DNA of 64,000 nt from Nitrospirota bacterium (GTDB taxonomy: Bacteria; Nitrospirota; UBA9217): assembly GCA_963741205.1 (NCBI GenBank), contig CAVUHW010000018.1, positions 96,001 through 160,000 of the forward strand. Reading direction: 5' to 3'. Position 1 is the stretch's first letter. Every line of letters begins with the position of its first letter. The notes beneath the pieces were generated by a model that saw nothing but the letters and a program-made list of their open reading frames with translations, was not told where the DNA came from and ran no database searches. A program made the translations under genes and the position numbers. Of this stretch, positions 34,663 to 44,040 are shown piece by piece.

Positions 34663-35229
34663 CTATGGCTTCTTATACTGCTTCCCCGCGTTCCAGCAAT
34701 TGCCGACAGCGGGCCCCAGAGACCAGTATTTCATGCTGCTCATGTCGAAGAGAAGCGGCCTTACCTTCGCGAGGTCCACCTTGCCGTTGGTGAGAACTGC
34801 CTCGTCAGCGTAGGTGGCCACGATCTCGCCGATAAACACGTCATGCGTCTTGAGGTCATAGGTGTCGTAGAGCCTGCACTCCATGGAGAGGGGGCAATGC
34901 GTGATCAGCGGCGCGGTTTTGAGTTCCCCGAAGAACGTCTCAAAGACGCCGGACTTGTCCGTCTTGGCGCCCGACACGAGACCGACATAGTCGGCTTCGA
35001 CGATCCGGTCCTGCGAGAGGATGTTGACGCTGAAGGTCTTGTTCTCCCGGATTCCGTCGTTCGTGTGGTGCGTCTTTCCCATGCCGAGGGATATGAGATG
35101 GGGCGACCCGGCGTTCAGGATCCCGACGTGAGAGATATTGAGGAAATTCACCTTCCCGTTTACGAGCGCGCCCACGATCGTCACCGGCGTGGGGTACAGC
35201 ACGTTCTGGTTCCCGATCTTCCGTTTCAT
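34663..35229 (-). CDS. flavin reductase / flavoredoxin-like protein
   Basis: YPTPV, FSVNI, DYVGLVSG..TDKS, APLI..CP.SMEC and HDVFIGEI. Confidence 0.9.
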   Translation of the reverse strand: MKRKIGNQNVLYPTPVTIVGALVNGKVNFLNISHVGILNAGSPHLISLGMGKTHHTNDGIRENKTFSVNILSQDRIVEADYVGLVSGAKTDKSGVFETFFGELKTAPLITHCPLSMECRLYDTYDLKTHDVFIGEIVATYADEAVLTNGKVDLAKVRPLLFDMSSMKYWSLGPAVGNCWNAGKQYKKP

Positions 35230-35263
35230 GCGTCCTCTCTTTCGTGTTATAAACCTTATGTTC

Positions 35264-35338
35264 TGTCATTCCTGCGAAAGCAGGAATCCATTTTCGTATT
35301 GAAAAGCCAATGGATTCCGGGTCAAGCCCGGAATGACG
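35264..35338. repeat. CGTC-type palindromic REP doublet
   Basis: tgtcattcctgcgaaagcaggaatcca...tggattccgggtcaagcccggaatgacg. Related copies at 17521-17550, 47281-47403, 52895-52968 and 62353-62426. Confidence 0.85.
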
Positions 35339-35359
35339 GCGGAAGGAAATACGGCTTTG

Positions 35360-35911
35360 TTAATTCTCCCTGATCAGCATGGCTTCCTTGATCTTCTGGG
35401 CCTTTTCCTTGCCCATGAGCTTTTCCACGATCGCAAGGCCGAAGGCGAGGGCCGTGCCCGCTCCCCTGCTGGTCATGACGTTATCGTCGCACACGACCGA
35501 TTTCTCCTCGTAGACCGCCCCGCCCAGTTTGTCCTTGTACGTGGGATAGGACGTGGCGCGTTTCCCCACGAGCACGCCGGCGTTCGCGAGCACATAGGGA
35601 GCGGCGCAGATCGCGCCCGTGAGCTTGCCTTTCTGGAAGAAGCTCCGGACCAGGGCCTGCACGCGGGGATCGGCGTTCAGATTGTCCGAGCCCGGCTGAC
35701 CTCCGGGCAGCACGATCATGTCGAAATCGTCCGCCTTGACCGCGTCGATCACGGCGTCGGGGACGACCTTCACGTTCCGCGCGCTCGCGACATGCCCGTC
35801 ATGCAGTCCGGCGACGACCGTGTCGATGCCGGCCCGCCGGAGCACATCGATGACGGCAATTGCCTCCACCTCCTCAAAACCATCCGCAAGAATGACCGCG
35901 ACCCTCGGCAT
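35360..35911 (-). CDS. yajL: DJ-1/YajL/ThiJ family protein
   Basis: ADGFEEVEA..IDVLRRAG, LPGGQPG, AICAAP and TSRGAGTA. Confidence 0.9.
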   Translation of the reverse strand: MPRVAVILADGFEEVEAIAVIDVLRRAGIDTVVAGLHDGHVASARNVKVVPDAVIDAVKADDFDMIVLPGGQPGSDNLNADPRVQALVRSFFQKGKLTGAICAAPYVLANAGVLVGKRATSYPTYKDKLGGAVYEEKSVVCDDNVMTSRGAGTALAFGLAIVEKLMGKEKAQKIKEAMLIREN

Positions 35912-35981
35912 TGTTCCCTCCTCGTAATTCCTTATGTTGTCCTGTGAGATTATACTCCTGTTGTTCCCCTGCATGCCAACG

Positions 35982-37436
35982 TTAGAAATCCAGCGGGCTC
36001 TTCGCTTCCTTGACGGTCCTGCTCGGAACGCAGTGGGTGTAGATCATCGTGGTCCGGACATCAGCGTGGCCCAAAAGCGTCTGGATCGTGCGGATATCGT
36101 AGTCAGCCTGCAGGAGATGCGTCGCAAAGCTGTGGCGGAAGGTGTGGGACGTGACGCGCTTGGTGAGCTTCGCCCTTCGGACCGCCTCGTACAGCGCCTC
36201 CTGCACCTGGGTTTCATGCAGATGATACCGGCGAAGCTCCTTTGCCTCTGCGAGGTAGGTCAACGACTCCTGCGGGAAAAACCATTGCCAGATGAAAGCC
36301 TTGGCCGCGTTACAGTATTTTTTATCAAGCGAGTCGTCGAGGAACACGCCTGCATAGCCCGCTAACAGGTCCTCGTCATGAAGTTTTTTCACCGCTTCAA
36401 TCTGCGCCAGCAAATTCTCCATCAGCGTCTGCGGAATAGGCACGGTGCGGACCTTATTGCCCTTTCCCCGTATGGTCAGCACCCCCTCATCGAAATTGAA
36501 ATCCTGCACGCGCAGCTTTATCCCTTCGAAAAGCCGCAGGCCGCACCCATACAGGAGCTTAACGAGCAACGAGAACGGATGGCCCAGGTGCGCAAGCACC
36601 GCGTCGATCTCCTGCCGGGAAAGGACGATCGGGATGTAGTTCGATTTCTTCGCGCGCGGGGTGTCCTTGTGATCGCCGAAGTCCTTTTTCAGAATATGCC
36701 GGAACAGAAAGAGCAGCGCATTGAACGCCTGGTTCTGGGTCGACGCCGATACCTTGCATTTCACCGCAAGGTAGGTAAGGTATGCCTTCACATCCTCCGC
36801 CGACAATTCGACAGGCGGCTTATTTTTCAAATAGCTTTGAAACTTACGGATCCAGTCGGCATAGGTCTTGAGCGTTTTCCTCGAATAGTGCCTCGTCGTT
36901 ATCTCGGCTTCCAGCCGATCGATAGCCGCGTCCCACTCCGGGGAGCCGGACCTTTCCAGACACCGCCACTCGTTATACCGTTTTCCGCCCCGCATTCCGG
37001 TCGCCTCTCTCGCGCCTGCACGCGCAACGAGCGGACTGAGAGCGGAATTTTGTGCGGTAACCGCCCGGGGAGGTGCGGCACCGACCAGTGCCGCGCCCGG
37101 CTTTTTGCTCTTTGTCCGGCGAACTTGAGGCGAGTTAGACGCCAGCGCCTCGGCAACGACCGAAGCGGTCGGTTTCTTCCTCGGGTCCAAGGCGAAATAG
37201 AGCGATATCGCATGAGCTGCCTGCTCCTGTTGTTTTTTCGACTCCTTCTTCGACCGCAGTTTTTCGATGAACAGGCGCACCTGCTCGGACCTGGCATCCG
37301 GGGGAGGATATTTAGCGCGGAAATCGAGGTAATACATGAGCCACTTCCGGTAATCGGCGCGAAGCGGGCGGGGAATGGACTTTTCCTCCATAATAGCGTC
37401 GAATGGCCTCAGGATATCGTCTGGAATGGGGAGCAT
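35982..37436 (-). CDS. intI: integron integrase with long N-terminal extension
   Basis: SASTQNQAFNALLFL, LYGCGLR, GKGNK, the integron-specific insert (GVFLDDSLDKKY...WQWFFP...RRYH), HTFRHSFATH, LLGH and TTMIYTH. Confidence 0.95.
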   Translation of the reverse strand: MLPIPDDILRPFDAIMEEKSIPRPLRADYRKWLMYYLDFRAKYPPPDARSEQVRLFIEKLRSKKESKKQQEQAAHAISLYFALDPRKKPTASVVAEALASNSPQVRRTKSKKPGAALVGAAPPRAVTAQNSALSPLVARAGAREATGMRGGKRYNEWRCLERSGSPEWDAAIDRLEAEITTRHYSRKTLKTYADWIRKFQSYLKNKPPVELSAEDVKAYLTYLAVKCKVSASTQNQAFNALLFLFRHILKKDFGDHKDTPRAKKSNYIPIVLSRQEIDAVLAHLGHPFSLLVKLLYGCGLRLFEGIKLRVQDFNFDEGVLTIRGKGNKVRTVPIPQTLMENLLAQIEAVKKLHDEDLLAGYAGVFLDDSLDKKYCNAAKAFIWQWFFPQESLTYLAEAKELRRYHLHETQVQEALYEAVRRAKLTKRVTSHTFRHSFATHLLQADYDIRTIQTLLGHADVRTTMIYTHCVPSRTVKEAKSPLDF

Positions 37437-37525
37437 GAGAAGCAATCCTTCCAAGAATTGTCGGATTTGAATATTAGTTTAATAATTATTAATTTGTCCG
37501 TATTGTAATATTCGTCAGGTTGCTG

Positions 37526-37554
37526 ATTGTAATGATTTCAGCAGTTTTAGTCAA
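37526..37554 (-). promoter_or_regulatory. Pint, sigma70-type promoter for intI
   Basis: TTGACT-N17-TACAAT on the minus strand. Confidence 0.75.
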
Positions 37555-37571
37555 GTTTTATCTCATTCATA

Positions 37572-37601
37572 TTGACCAATTCATGGAATCTATGCTACTG
37601 T
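37572..37601 (+). promoter_or_regulatory. Pc, putative cassette promoter
   Basis: TTGACC-N18-TACTGT with TG extension, directly upstream of the attI core. Confidence 0.55.
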
Positions 37602-37604
37602 AGC

Positions 37605-37629
37605 TCGTCCCTAGAATAACTTGTTAAAT
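37605..37629 (+). mobile_element. attI site (core GTTAAAT at 37623-37629)
   Basis: cctagaataactt-GTTAAAT followed by RBS aggagg and the first cassette ATG; position upstream of intI fits. Confidence 0.7.
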
Positions 37630-37650
37630 ACAAAAGGAGGCTGCAGACTG

Positions 37651-38324
37651 ATGATTGAAAAGAAAGTGGTGACTTGGATTATGTTGCTCATTTTTCTTGT
37701 CATGCCTTGTTATAGCTGCAGCAAGAATCGTAGCGAGAATATAAATACAGAAAAGCAGGTATATACTGACTTATGATTCCAATGGATGTCTTCAATCAAA
37801 CAACAGTGAAGCATCTGCAAACTATACGAATGCCGACAACAAATCTTCAACATTGATTTGGAACTGCGGAAATTATGGCGAGTATTCTCGAAAACGGATT
37901 GAATTGCTATCAATCAGTAGTGATGGGGGGCAGTGCTATAGAGCACCTGCAATGGTTTTCGTTTCTGATGGGATCTGCGATTCAGCAGCTACCTCTCTTG
38001 ACAACATACAACTTCGGTGCAGCAATTACGGATTTTCAGGTTATGGTAAACGGCATTTTAACGGTAGATTTCAAAGGAACATTCGCGAATACCGGCAACG
38101 TTGACTTTCTCGGCCTCATTTATGAAATCTCGCCAGGCGTTACCCCTGGCGGTTATGGCATGTGGTTTAGTCTGCCGGTCGGCGGAACATACGATACAAC
38201 CGGGGGGAGCTATGGGATGTCCCCACGCATACCAGCCGGAACTTATGTGGCGACATTGATTCTTAAAATATGGGATGGGACAGTAATTTCAACACAAACT
38301 GCAACATACACAATTAGCGATTAA
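37651..38324 (+). CDS. cassette 1: Cys-containing lipoprotein-like hypothetical protein (two frameshifts)
   Basis: MIEKKVVTWIMLLIFLVMPCYSC signal/lipobox continuing through the frames of ORFs 37853-38104 and 37875-38324; AT-rich. Confidence 0.6.
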
Positions 38325-38364
38325 ACCTCTCGTTTATATTATGCGATACATGACCCAGATGCAT

Positions 38365-38420
38365 TTTTAACCTGCCGGTCCACATCGACTCGCCTTGCGG
38401 CGATTGTCTACACGTTGGGC
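38365..38420 (+). mobile_element. attC site 1 (partly eroded)
   Basis: TTTTAAC-ctgcc-ggtccac...cgccttgcggcg...-GTTGGGC. R'' is near-complementary to the attI core GTTAAAT. Confidence 0.7.
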
Positions 38421-38447
38421 AGTAAAAGACCATTAAAGGAGGAAGCA

Positions 38448-39125
38448 ATGAGTCGTCTTTTACTCTTGCTGGTTTCCCTGTTACTTCTGAGTGCTTTAGG
38501 TTGTGGCAGGAGTCAGGATCAAAATTTTAAAATCGTACCACTGAACCAACAGTTCGCCCTTCAAGTCAACGAAGAGGCTCGTATTCCGGATGAAGGATTA
38601 GCACTTTTGTTACGACCAGTAAATGAGGATTCTCGTTGCCCGGAAGGCGCAGTCTGTGTTGCTGCCGGAAATGCTAAAGTGCTAGTAGACATTACAAAGA
38701 CAGATCAGCCCACTGCGACCATCGAACTCAATACCAATCCTCTGGATGGGCCAGCAGACAGGACATATCTGGCGTACACAGTGAAGCTGATTTCACTTTC
38801 CAGCAGTTCAAATCCTAATAATTATATAGCCAGTTTATCGATCACCAAAAACGATGTGGTAAGGGTTGAACCTGGAGGCAGTATCTACGGTACCGTATTG
38901 TTCCAAGGCGTAGGACTCGCGGACGTTGCCTTGTCGTTAAATTCTGGTCCAACATTAACCACTGATCCGAATGGCAAGTACAGTTTGGGTATGGTGCCTC
39001 AAGGAACGTACACAATTACTCCTAGTAAATCGGGGTATTTGTTCACCCCTAATAGTGCTACGGTCACAATAGTGAATTACAGCGACGCGAAAGAAGTCGA
39101 TTTCACGGCGTCCACGGCATTGTAG
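38448..39125 (+). CDS. cassette 2: lipoprotein with C-terminal carboxypeptidase-regulatory-like beta-sandwich
   Basis: Lipobox ALGC, DSRCPEGAVCV..G.A motif, TTDPNGKY...GTYTITPSKSGYLFTP. Confidence 0.8.
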   Translation: MSRLLLLLVSLLLLSALGCGRSQDQNFKIVPLNQQFALQVNEEARIPDEGLALLLRPVNEDSRCPEGAVCVAAGNAKVLVDITKTDQPTATIELNTNPLDGPADRTYLAYTVKLISLSSSSNPNNYIASLSITKNDVVRVEPGGSIYGTVLFQGVGLADVALSLNSGPTLTTDPNGKYSLGMVPQGTYTITPSKSGYLFTPNSATVTIVNYSDAKEVDFTASTAL

Positions 39126-39144
39126 CAATCAAATATAGTAGTAA

Positions 39145-39200
39145 ACCTATCCAGTCGTCCCACGCCGACCGCTTCGCGGCGTGTGAACTCATCGTTTTAT
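39145..39200 (+). mobile_element. attC site 2 (degenerate R boxes)
   Basis: ACCTATC-cagtc-gtcccacgccg-accgcttcg-cggcgtgtgaac-tcatc-GTTTTAT. Confidence 0.65.
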
Positions 39201-39250
39201 CTACCAGACGCAGAAACAAAGCGCACCCGCTGATCCAAATCGAGAGAGAA

Positions 39251-39433
39251 ATGAAAAGACTTCTGATTTTGTTTGCCTTGCTTATCCTTGTCTTTGCTGC
39301 CCGTTATGTAGTCGACTACCAAACTGGCCATCAAACGAAAAATATTTTAATACCATTTGATCTAGAAAAAGAGAAACAAGCAGTAGAAGTTGATAAAGGG
39401 CATCAACCTCGAAGAATGGAATTAGTTGAGTAG
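39251..39433 (+). CDS. cassette 3: short signal-anchored protein, probably truncated
   Basis: MKRLLILFALLILVFAA N-terminus; 60 aa; follows attC2. Confidence 0.5.
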   Translation: MKRLLILFALLILVFAARYVVDYQTGHQTKNILIPFDLEKEKQAVEVDKGHQPRRMELVE

Positions 39434-39452
39434 CTCATGATGGAGTTATTTA

Positions 39453-39766
39453 ATAATCGATAGTAAGATGCGATGGAAAAATGCAAGTTTCCCTATAAAA
39501 AACAATCCTGAAGTTATTTTAGCAGTGTACGTACCATCTTGGAATATTTGGGTGAAGTTACTATTGCGCCGGTAACTTCAACAATAAGAGATATTCCTAG
39601 TGAAGTGCTTTTGTCCCGCCGTGACGGCATGAATAATGATTGCGCCATTAACTGTGACCACATCCAAACAGTATCAAAATCAAACATCGGCGCAATGATC
39701 ACATCCTTGTCAAAAGAAAAGCTAATTGATATTCGTGATGCCATCACATTTGCATTGAATCTTTGA
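39453..39766 (+). pseudogene. decayed PemK/MazF-family toxin
   Basis: Intact C-terminal part (EVTIAPVTSTIRDIPSEV...INCDHIQTV). The N-terminus is heavily substituted, out of frame and starts with ATA. Confidence 0.8.
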
Positions 39767-39786
39767 TTGTGCGTATCTAGGACTGA

Positions 39787-39846
39787 TTCCAGCCAGCGGC
39801 TTGCACACCGACCCGCCTCCGTCGGCAGGTCAGCCGCGCGTTCGTA
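39787..39846 (+). mobile_element. attC site 3 (degenerate)
   Basis: TTCCAGC-cagcg-gcttgcacaccgac...gtcggcaggtcagc-cgcgc-GTTCGTA. Confidence 0.6.
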
Positions 39847-39936
39847 AAGACAGGGATATTATCCTATTCGCATCGCTTCACTCGCTCCAGAATTCGAGAT
39901 TGACGTCGCCCCGCCCATTGCGATACAATCGGGGCC

Positions 39937-40140
39937 ATGATTGAACTTATCAGCTTTCTCCTGGGTTTGGGGTTCAGCATTCTTGTCTATGTCCTCTCGA
40001 TCAGACCCCTCGACCTTTCCCTCTCGCGGAAAGCGGTCTATTTCTTTTTTACGCTGATCGGGATCACGGGAACGCTATTTCTCTCCGGGGTCCTGATCGC
40101 CCATTTTTTGCGCAAGCTCGGCATTATCCCTCAAAATTGA
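39937..40140 (+). CDS. small 2-TM membrane protein
   Basis: 67-aa hydrophobic ORF; TTGACG-N18-TACAAT at 39900-39929 directly upstream. Confidence 0.6.
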   Translation: MIELISFLLGLGFSILVYVLSIRPLDLSLSRKAVYFFFTLIGITGTLFLSGVLIAHFLRKLGIIPQN

Positions 40141-40228
40141 CTCAAGAAGAAAACAAAGACCCGATAATAAAAGAAGCAGGCGGCAATTGCTGGCCCTGAA
40201 TATCGGAGGTAATAAGCCATCAGGTCGC

Positions 40229-40261
40229 AAAAAAGGCGTGCTCACGAGCACGCCTTTTTTT
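40229..40261. terminator. bidirectional intrinsic terminator
   Basis: aaaaaaggcgtgctc-ac-gagcacgcctttttt between convergent genes. Confidence 0.85.
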
Positions 40262-40276
40262 ATGCCGATCAGAAAG

Positions 40277-41718
40277 TCACTTGTCAGGACCGTGCTGCCC
40301 GTGATCGTACCGGACGTCGCGGTGATCGTCGTCGTTCCTGCTGACCCTTGCATGCTTGCGGACCCTTTGGCTAGCCCGGCATCAGATATGGTCGCAACGG
40401 CCGTGTTCGACGACCGCCAGGTCGCCGAGGATGTCACGTTCGTGCGTGGTGCCGTCCGAGCTCAATCCCACCGCCTTAAACTGCTGCACAACCGAAACCG
40501 CGAGGCTTATGATCGGATTGGACGGCGTTATTGTTATCGCCACCAGCGCCGGCGCGGTAACCGTCAACGTGGCGCGGTTTGACGTGACGCCGGAGAGGGA
40601 CGCTGTAATAGTCGTTGTTCCCTGCGCAAGAGTGCTGACCAATCCCTCTCGTTCCCGTCCCGTTGCTCACGGTCGCGACTTGCGTGTTTGACGACGCCCA
40701 GGCAGCCGCGGCAGTGACATCCTGCGTACGTGCCGTCGGATAATAAGCCGGTGGCCGTAATATTGCTGCTTACTCCCCGCCGCGACGCTCGTCGTGGTCG
40801 GCGCGACCGAGATCGAACTCAGCGTAACCGGCGTTACGGTCAGCGCGGCAGGGGGATGGAGGTGACCGTGCCGAACGAGGCCAGGATGTTCGTAGTCCCG
40901 GTGCCCCTGGATTCCGCCAGCCCGAACGAGCCCGCGGTATTTCCGACGGTCGCGACCGAGGGGGACGAGGAACTCCAAAGCGCGAAGGTCGTGAGGTTCT
41001 GGGTAATTCCGCCGGTAAGCGTCCCAATGGCGGTAAACTGCCGCGAGGTTCCGAGCGCAATGCTCGCGCTTGCCGGAGTAACAGCTATCGATGTCACGGC
41101 GGCGGACGTGAGCGACGTAGTCCCCGTGACCGTATCCCGGGCTGCAGTGATAATTATCGAACCCGTTGGCGAAGACACCGTGCTCGCCAGGCCGGTGCCT
41201 GAGATGGTCGCTATCGCCGCATCCGACGAACTCCAGGTCACGAACGCGGTCAGGTCCTGCGTAGCGCCGTTTTGAAGCGTACCAATGGTGGTAAATTGCT
41301 GCGAGGTCCCGCCCGCGATAGTCTGGTCGGCCGGCGCCACCGAGAGGGACTGAAGAGGAGAAAGAGTCAGGACTGTTGATCCTGAAACTGTTCCGGACCT
41401 TGCCGTTATGGTCGTCGACGCTGCTCCCGTGTTGGCCGCCGTTACCAGTCCCGTGCCGCTCACCGTGGCAACGGCGGGGTCGGCGGACTCCCAGGTTACG
41501 GCGCTCGTCAGGTTCGACACGGAGTTATCGTCATAATTCCCGATAGCTTGAAGCTGAAGCGTCGTTCCCGGAACCATTCCAGGCGCGGACGGCTGCAGAG
41601 CAATGGAGACCAGCGTAGCAGGAACGGGCGGCGGCACTTCTTCTACCTTCTTGCAGCCCGATGCCATAAACAGAGCGAACGCCAGTGCGAATATTCCTGT
41701 TGTCATTCCCTTCTTCAT
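40277..41718 (-). CDS. lipoprotein with about five tandem bacterial Ig-like (Big_2) domains (frameshifted)
   Basis: Lipobox ASGC; repeated SIAVTP...QFTA.G...D.T..VTWSSS..AVATV units. Confidence 0.85.
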
Positions 41719-41866
41719 ACTCTCTACCCCTTCCTTGAGGACTGGACTTTTTTCGTTTCCCTGCCTTTTGTTTGATTTTATCACTTTTTTTGCGAAACCG
41801 GACACCGGAGTGCAGTCGTTGAGGTAAACTTGGAGTATTATCTCTCTACGACAAGGAGGGGAACCG

Positions 41867-42463
41867 ATGGCAATGTACAATGGAGTGAATCACCTGGCCA
41901 TGGCCACGAACAACATGGACGAGACCATCCGCTTCTGGCGGGACCTTCTCGGGATGCGGCTCATTGCCGGTCTGGGGCAGCCGGGGTACCGGCATTACTT
42001 TTTCGAGATATCCTCGAGGGACATGATCGCCTTTTTCGAGTGGCCGGCAATCGAACCTGTCGTGGAAAAAGAACACGGCAGGCCCACGCGGGGACCGTTC
42101 ATCTTCGACCACGTCTCCTTCGGCGTCGAGACCGAGGACGACCTCTGGCTGCTCAAGGACAGGATCAACGCGGCGGGCATCTGGGTGTCGGAGGTCATCG
42201 ACCACGGCTTCATCCATTCGATCTACTCCTACGATCCGAACGGCATTCCCATCGAATTCAGCTACCATGTCGCCGGCATAGATGTGCGGGAGAACCCCCT
42301 CATGGCCGACCGCAAGCCTCCCGCAGCCGCGCAAGAAGGCTCGGAGCCGCTCTTCGAGAAGTGGCCGCGGGTTGCAAGGCCGACGCCTCAAAGCGAACGC
42401 AGGGTCTACCCGGGCGCGGGTAGCGAGTTATTTCATGGGAAGAGGAAGTCGCAGAAGCCCTAG
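41867..42463 (+). CDS. VOC/glyoxalase family protein
   Basis: GVNHLAM, FDHVSF and HSIYSYDPNGIPIEF. Confidence 0.9.
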   Translation: MAMYNGVNHLAMATNNMDETIRFWRDLLGMRLIAGLGQPGYRHYFFEISSRDMIAFFEWPAIEPVVEKEHGRPTRGPFIFDHVSFGVETEDDLWLLKDRINAAGIWVSEVIDHGFIHSIYSYDPNGIPIEFSYHVAGIDVRENPLMADRKPPAAAQEGSEPLFEKWPRVARPTPQSERRVYPGAGSELFHGKRKSQKP

Positions 42464-42795
42464 CCCTTCTCCTCAATTTCATAAAGCGGCTCACGGATCG
42501 ACTCTCCCTTGCAGATCGGGCATTTTCCCGGCCTCTTGAATTTCTCGCGCTTTGCAAATACAAATCCGCACTTCTTGCATTCCGCGGGCGTGATGACCAG
42601 ATGCTGCCCGGACAGGGCAATCGACTTCCGGATGTGCTCGAGATGATTATACACGTCCCGTTCGGATATCCCGGCAGCTGCCGAGAGGTCCCTTGCGGAG
42701 GACGCCCCTTGCAGCAGTTCGGCGACAATCGCGTGTCTAACCGTGTCGTGCGTTTCAGGGGGAGTGGCCGGCTCGCGTGGTTTTTCTTTCATCAT
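42460..42795 (-). CDS. HTH transcriptional regulator fused to a Zn ribbon (COG3357-like)
   Basis: SARDLS...SERDVYNHLEHI, then CKKCGF...PGKCPICK. Confidence 0.8.
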   Translation of the reverse strand: MMKEKPREPATPPETHDTVRHAIVAELLQGASSARDLSAAAGISERDVYNHLEHIRKSIALSGQHLVITPAECKKCGFVFAKREKFKRPGKCPICKGESIREPLYEIEEKG

Positions 42796-42968
42796 GCCCT
42801 CTTGAAAGCATTATATCGTTAACGGGAATAAACGCAAGAGGAGGGTACCCGGGTCGCTGCGGAAAAAAAATTTCCTTATTGCTACGGACCTGTGTATAAT
42901 GCTCGCGGTAAAAAAGGGCACTGGCAGTAAAAGGTGCGCCGCGAGCCCTTTCCCCCGGTCAAGGACCC

Positions 42969-43898
42969 ATGGAATCTACGAAAAAAAAGAAACTCTTCCT
43001 TGTTGCAGTTAAGATACTGATAAGCGCCCTCCTCCTCGCGGTCATCTTCAGAAAGGCCGGGCTGGCGAGCATTTTTTCCTCGCTCCGGTCAATGGACCTG
43101 CGGTACTTCCTTGCCTCCTCGCTTCTCTATCTCCTGACCACCTACCTCGCCGCTCTCAGGTGGGGCCTGTTGCTCGATGAAAGGCATCCTTCGGGAAAAT
43201 TGTTTTCGCTCTATCTCATCGGCTGCTTTTTCAACAATATTCTTCCCGGCGCCGTCGGCGGCGACGCAGTAAAGATCTATTACCTGTATAAGGAAACGCG
43301 CAAGGGCGGGAGCAGTTTCGGGTCCGTTTTCCTGGACCGGTACATTGGCCTCGTCGGGCTGCTCTCCATCGGGCTCATTTCAGGATTGTTCGCCTTTCGC
43401 GACCTCGAAGCGATCCATATGCAGTGGGTCATACCGGTATTGTTCGCGGTCTTTACGGTGGCCAGCCTCCTCGTGTTCGGATTGAGGATCGGCAGGCGTT
43501 TTGCGGTCATCAATAACTTCTACGAATATGTTCATAAATACCGGAGACAGAAGGGCACTCTTCTCAAGGCGTATTTCCTGTCTCTTATCATCCAGACCCT
43601 TTCTATCGGATTGATTTACTTGGCCTCTCGGGGCCTCGGTCAACGGCTGACGTTTACGGCCCTTTTCGTTTTCGTGCCCATCATCTTCACGGTCACCACG
43701 GTGCCGATATCCATTGCCGGGCTGGGTGTCAGGGAAAGTGCCTTCGCACTTCTGTTCGGGCTTGTCGGCGTGCCTACGCAAAAGAGTGTGGCCATCTCAT
43801 TCATGTGGTTTCTCTCAGTCGCGGCGGCATCGCTCACCGGGCTCGTCGAGTACCTTCGTTTTAAAAATACGAGGACCGGCGATGCGGGCGATACCTGA
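42969..43898 (+). CDS. UPF0104 / lysylphosphatidylglycerol synthase TM-domain (flippase-like) protein
   Basis: ALRW..LL, FFNNILPGAVGGD, LDR..G and PISIAGLGVRE. Confidence 0.9.
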   Translation: MESTKKKKLFLVAVKILISALLLAVIFRKAGLASIFSSLRSMDLRYFLASSLLYLLTTYLAALRWGLLLDERHPSGKLFSLYLIGCFFNNILPGAVGGDAVKIYYLYKETRKGGSSFGSVFLDRYIGLVGLLSIGLISGLFAFRDLEAIHMQWVIPVLFAVFTVASLLVFGLRIGRRFAVINNFYEYVHKYRRQKGTLLKAYFLSLIIQTLSIGLIYLASRGLGQRLTFTALFVFVPIIFTVTTVPISIAGLGVRESAFALLFGLVGVPTQKSVAISFMWFLSVAAASLTGLVEYLRFKNTRTGDAGDT

Positions 43899-44040
43899 TC
43901 TCAACCATTATTCTAGGGCATTTTCCTTCGTAACTTGACATGTTCGCGCGAATTGCTTTGCTACGCCCGCAATTTACCTGCATCTCCCCCAATACGATGT
44001 CATACAGTGTGGATTTTCGCGGAAATTTTCCGGGGGGCGG

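Noticed and set aside
37455-37525. LexA/SOS box in the intI promoter region
   Set aside because: No CTGT-N8-ACAG or GAAC-N4-GTTC match was found. The short GACAA-like repeats there are too weak to call an operator.
37651-37776. In-frame TGA in cassette 1 as selenocysteine
   Set aside because: A second TGA follows shortly in the same frame and the protein continues in another frame, so an indel explains it better.
40277-41718. Ig-repeat lipoprotein as part of the cassette array
   Set aside because: It has the opposite orientation, host-like GC, its own terminator and no flanking attC.
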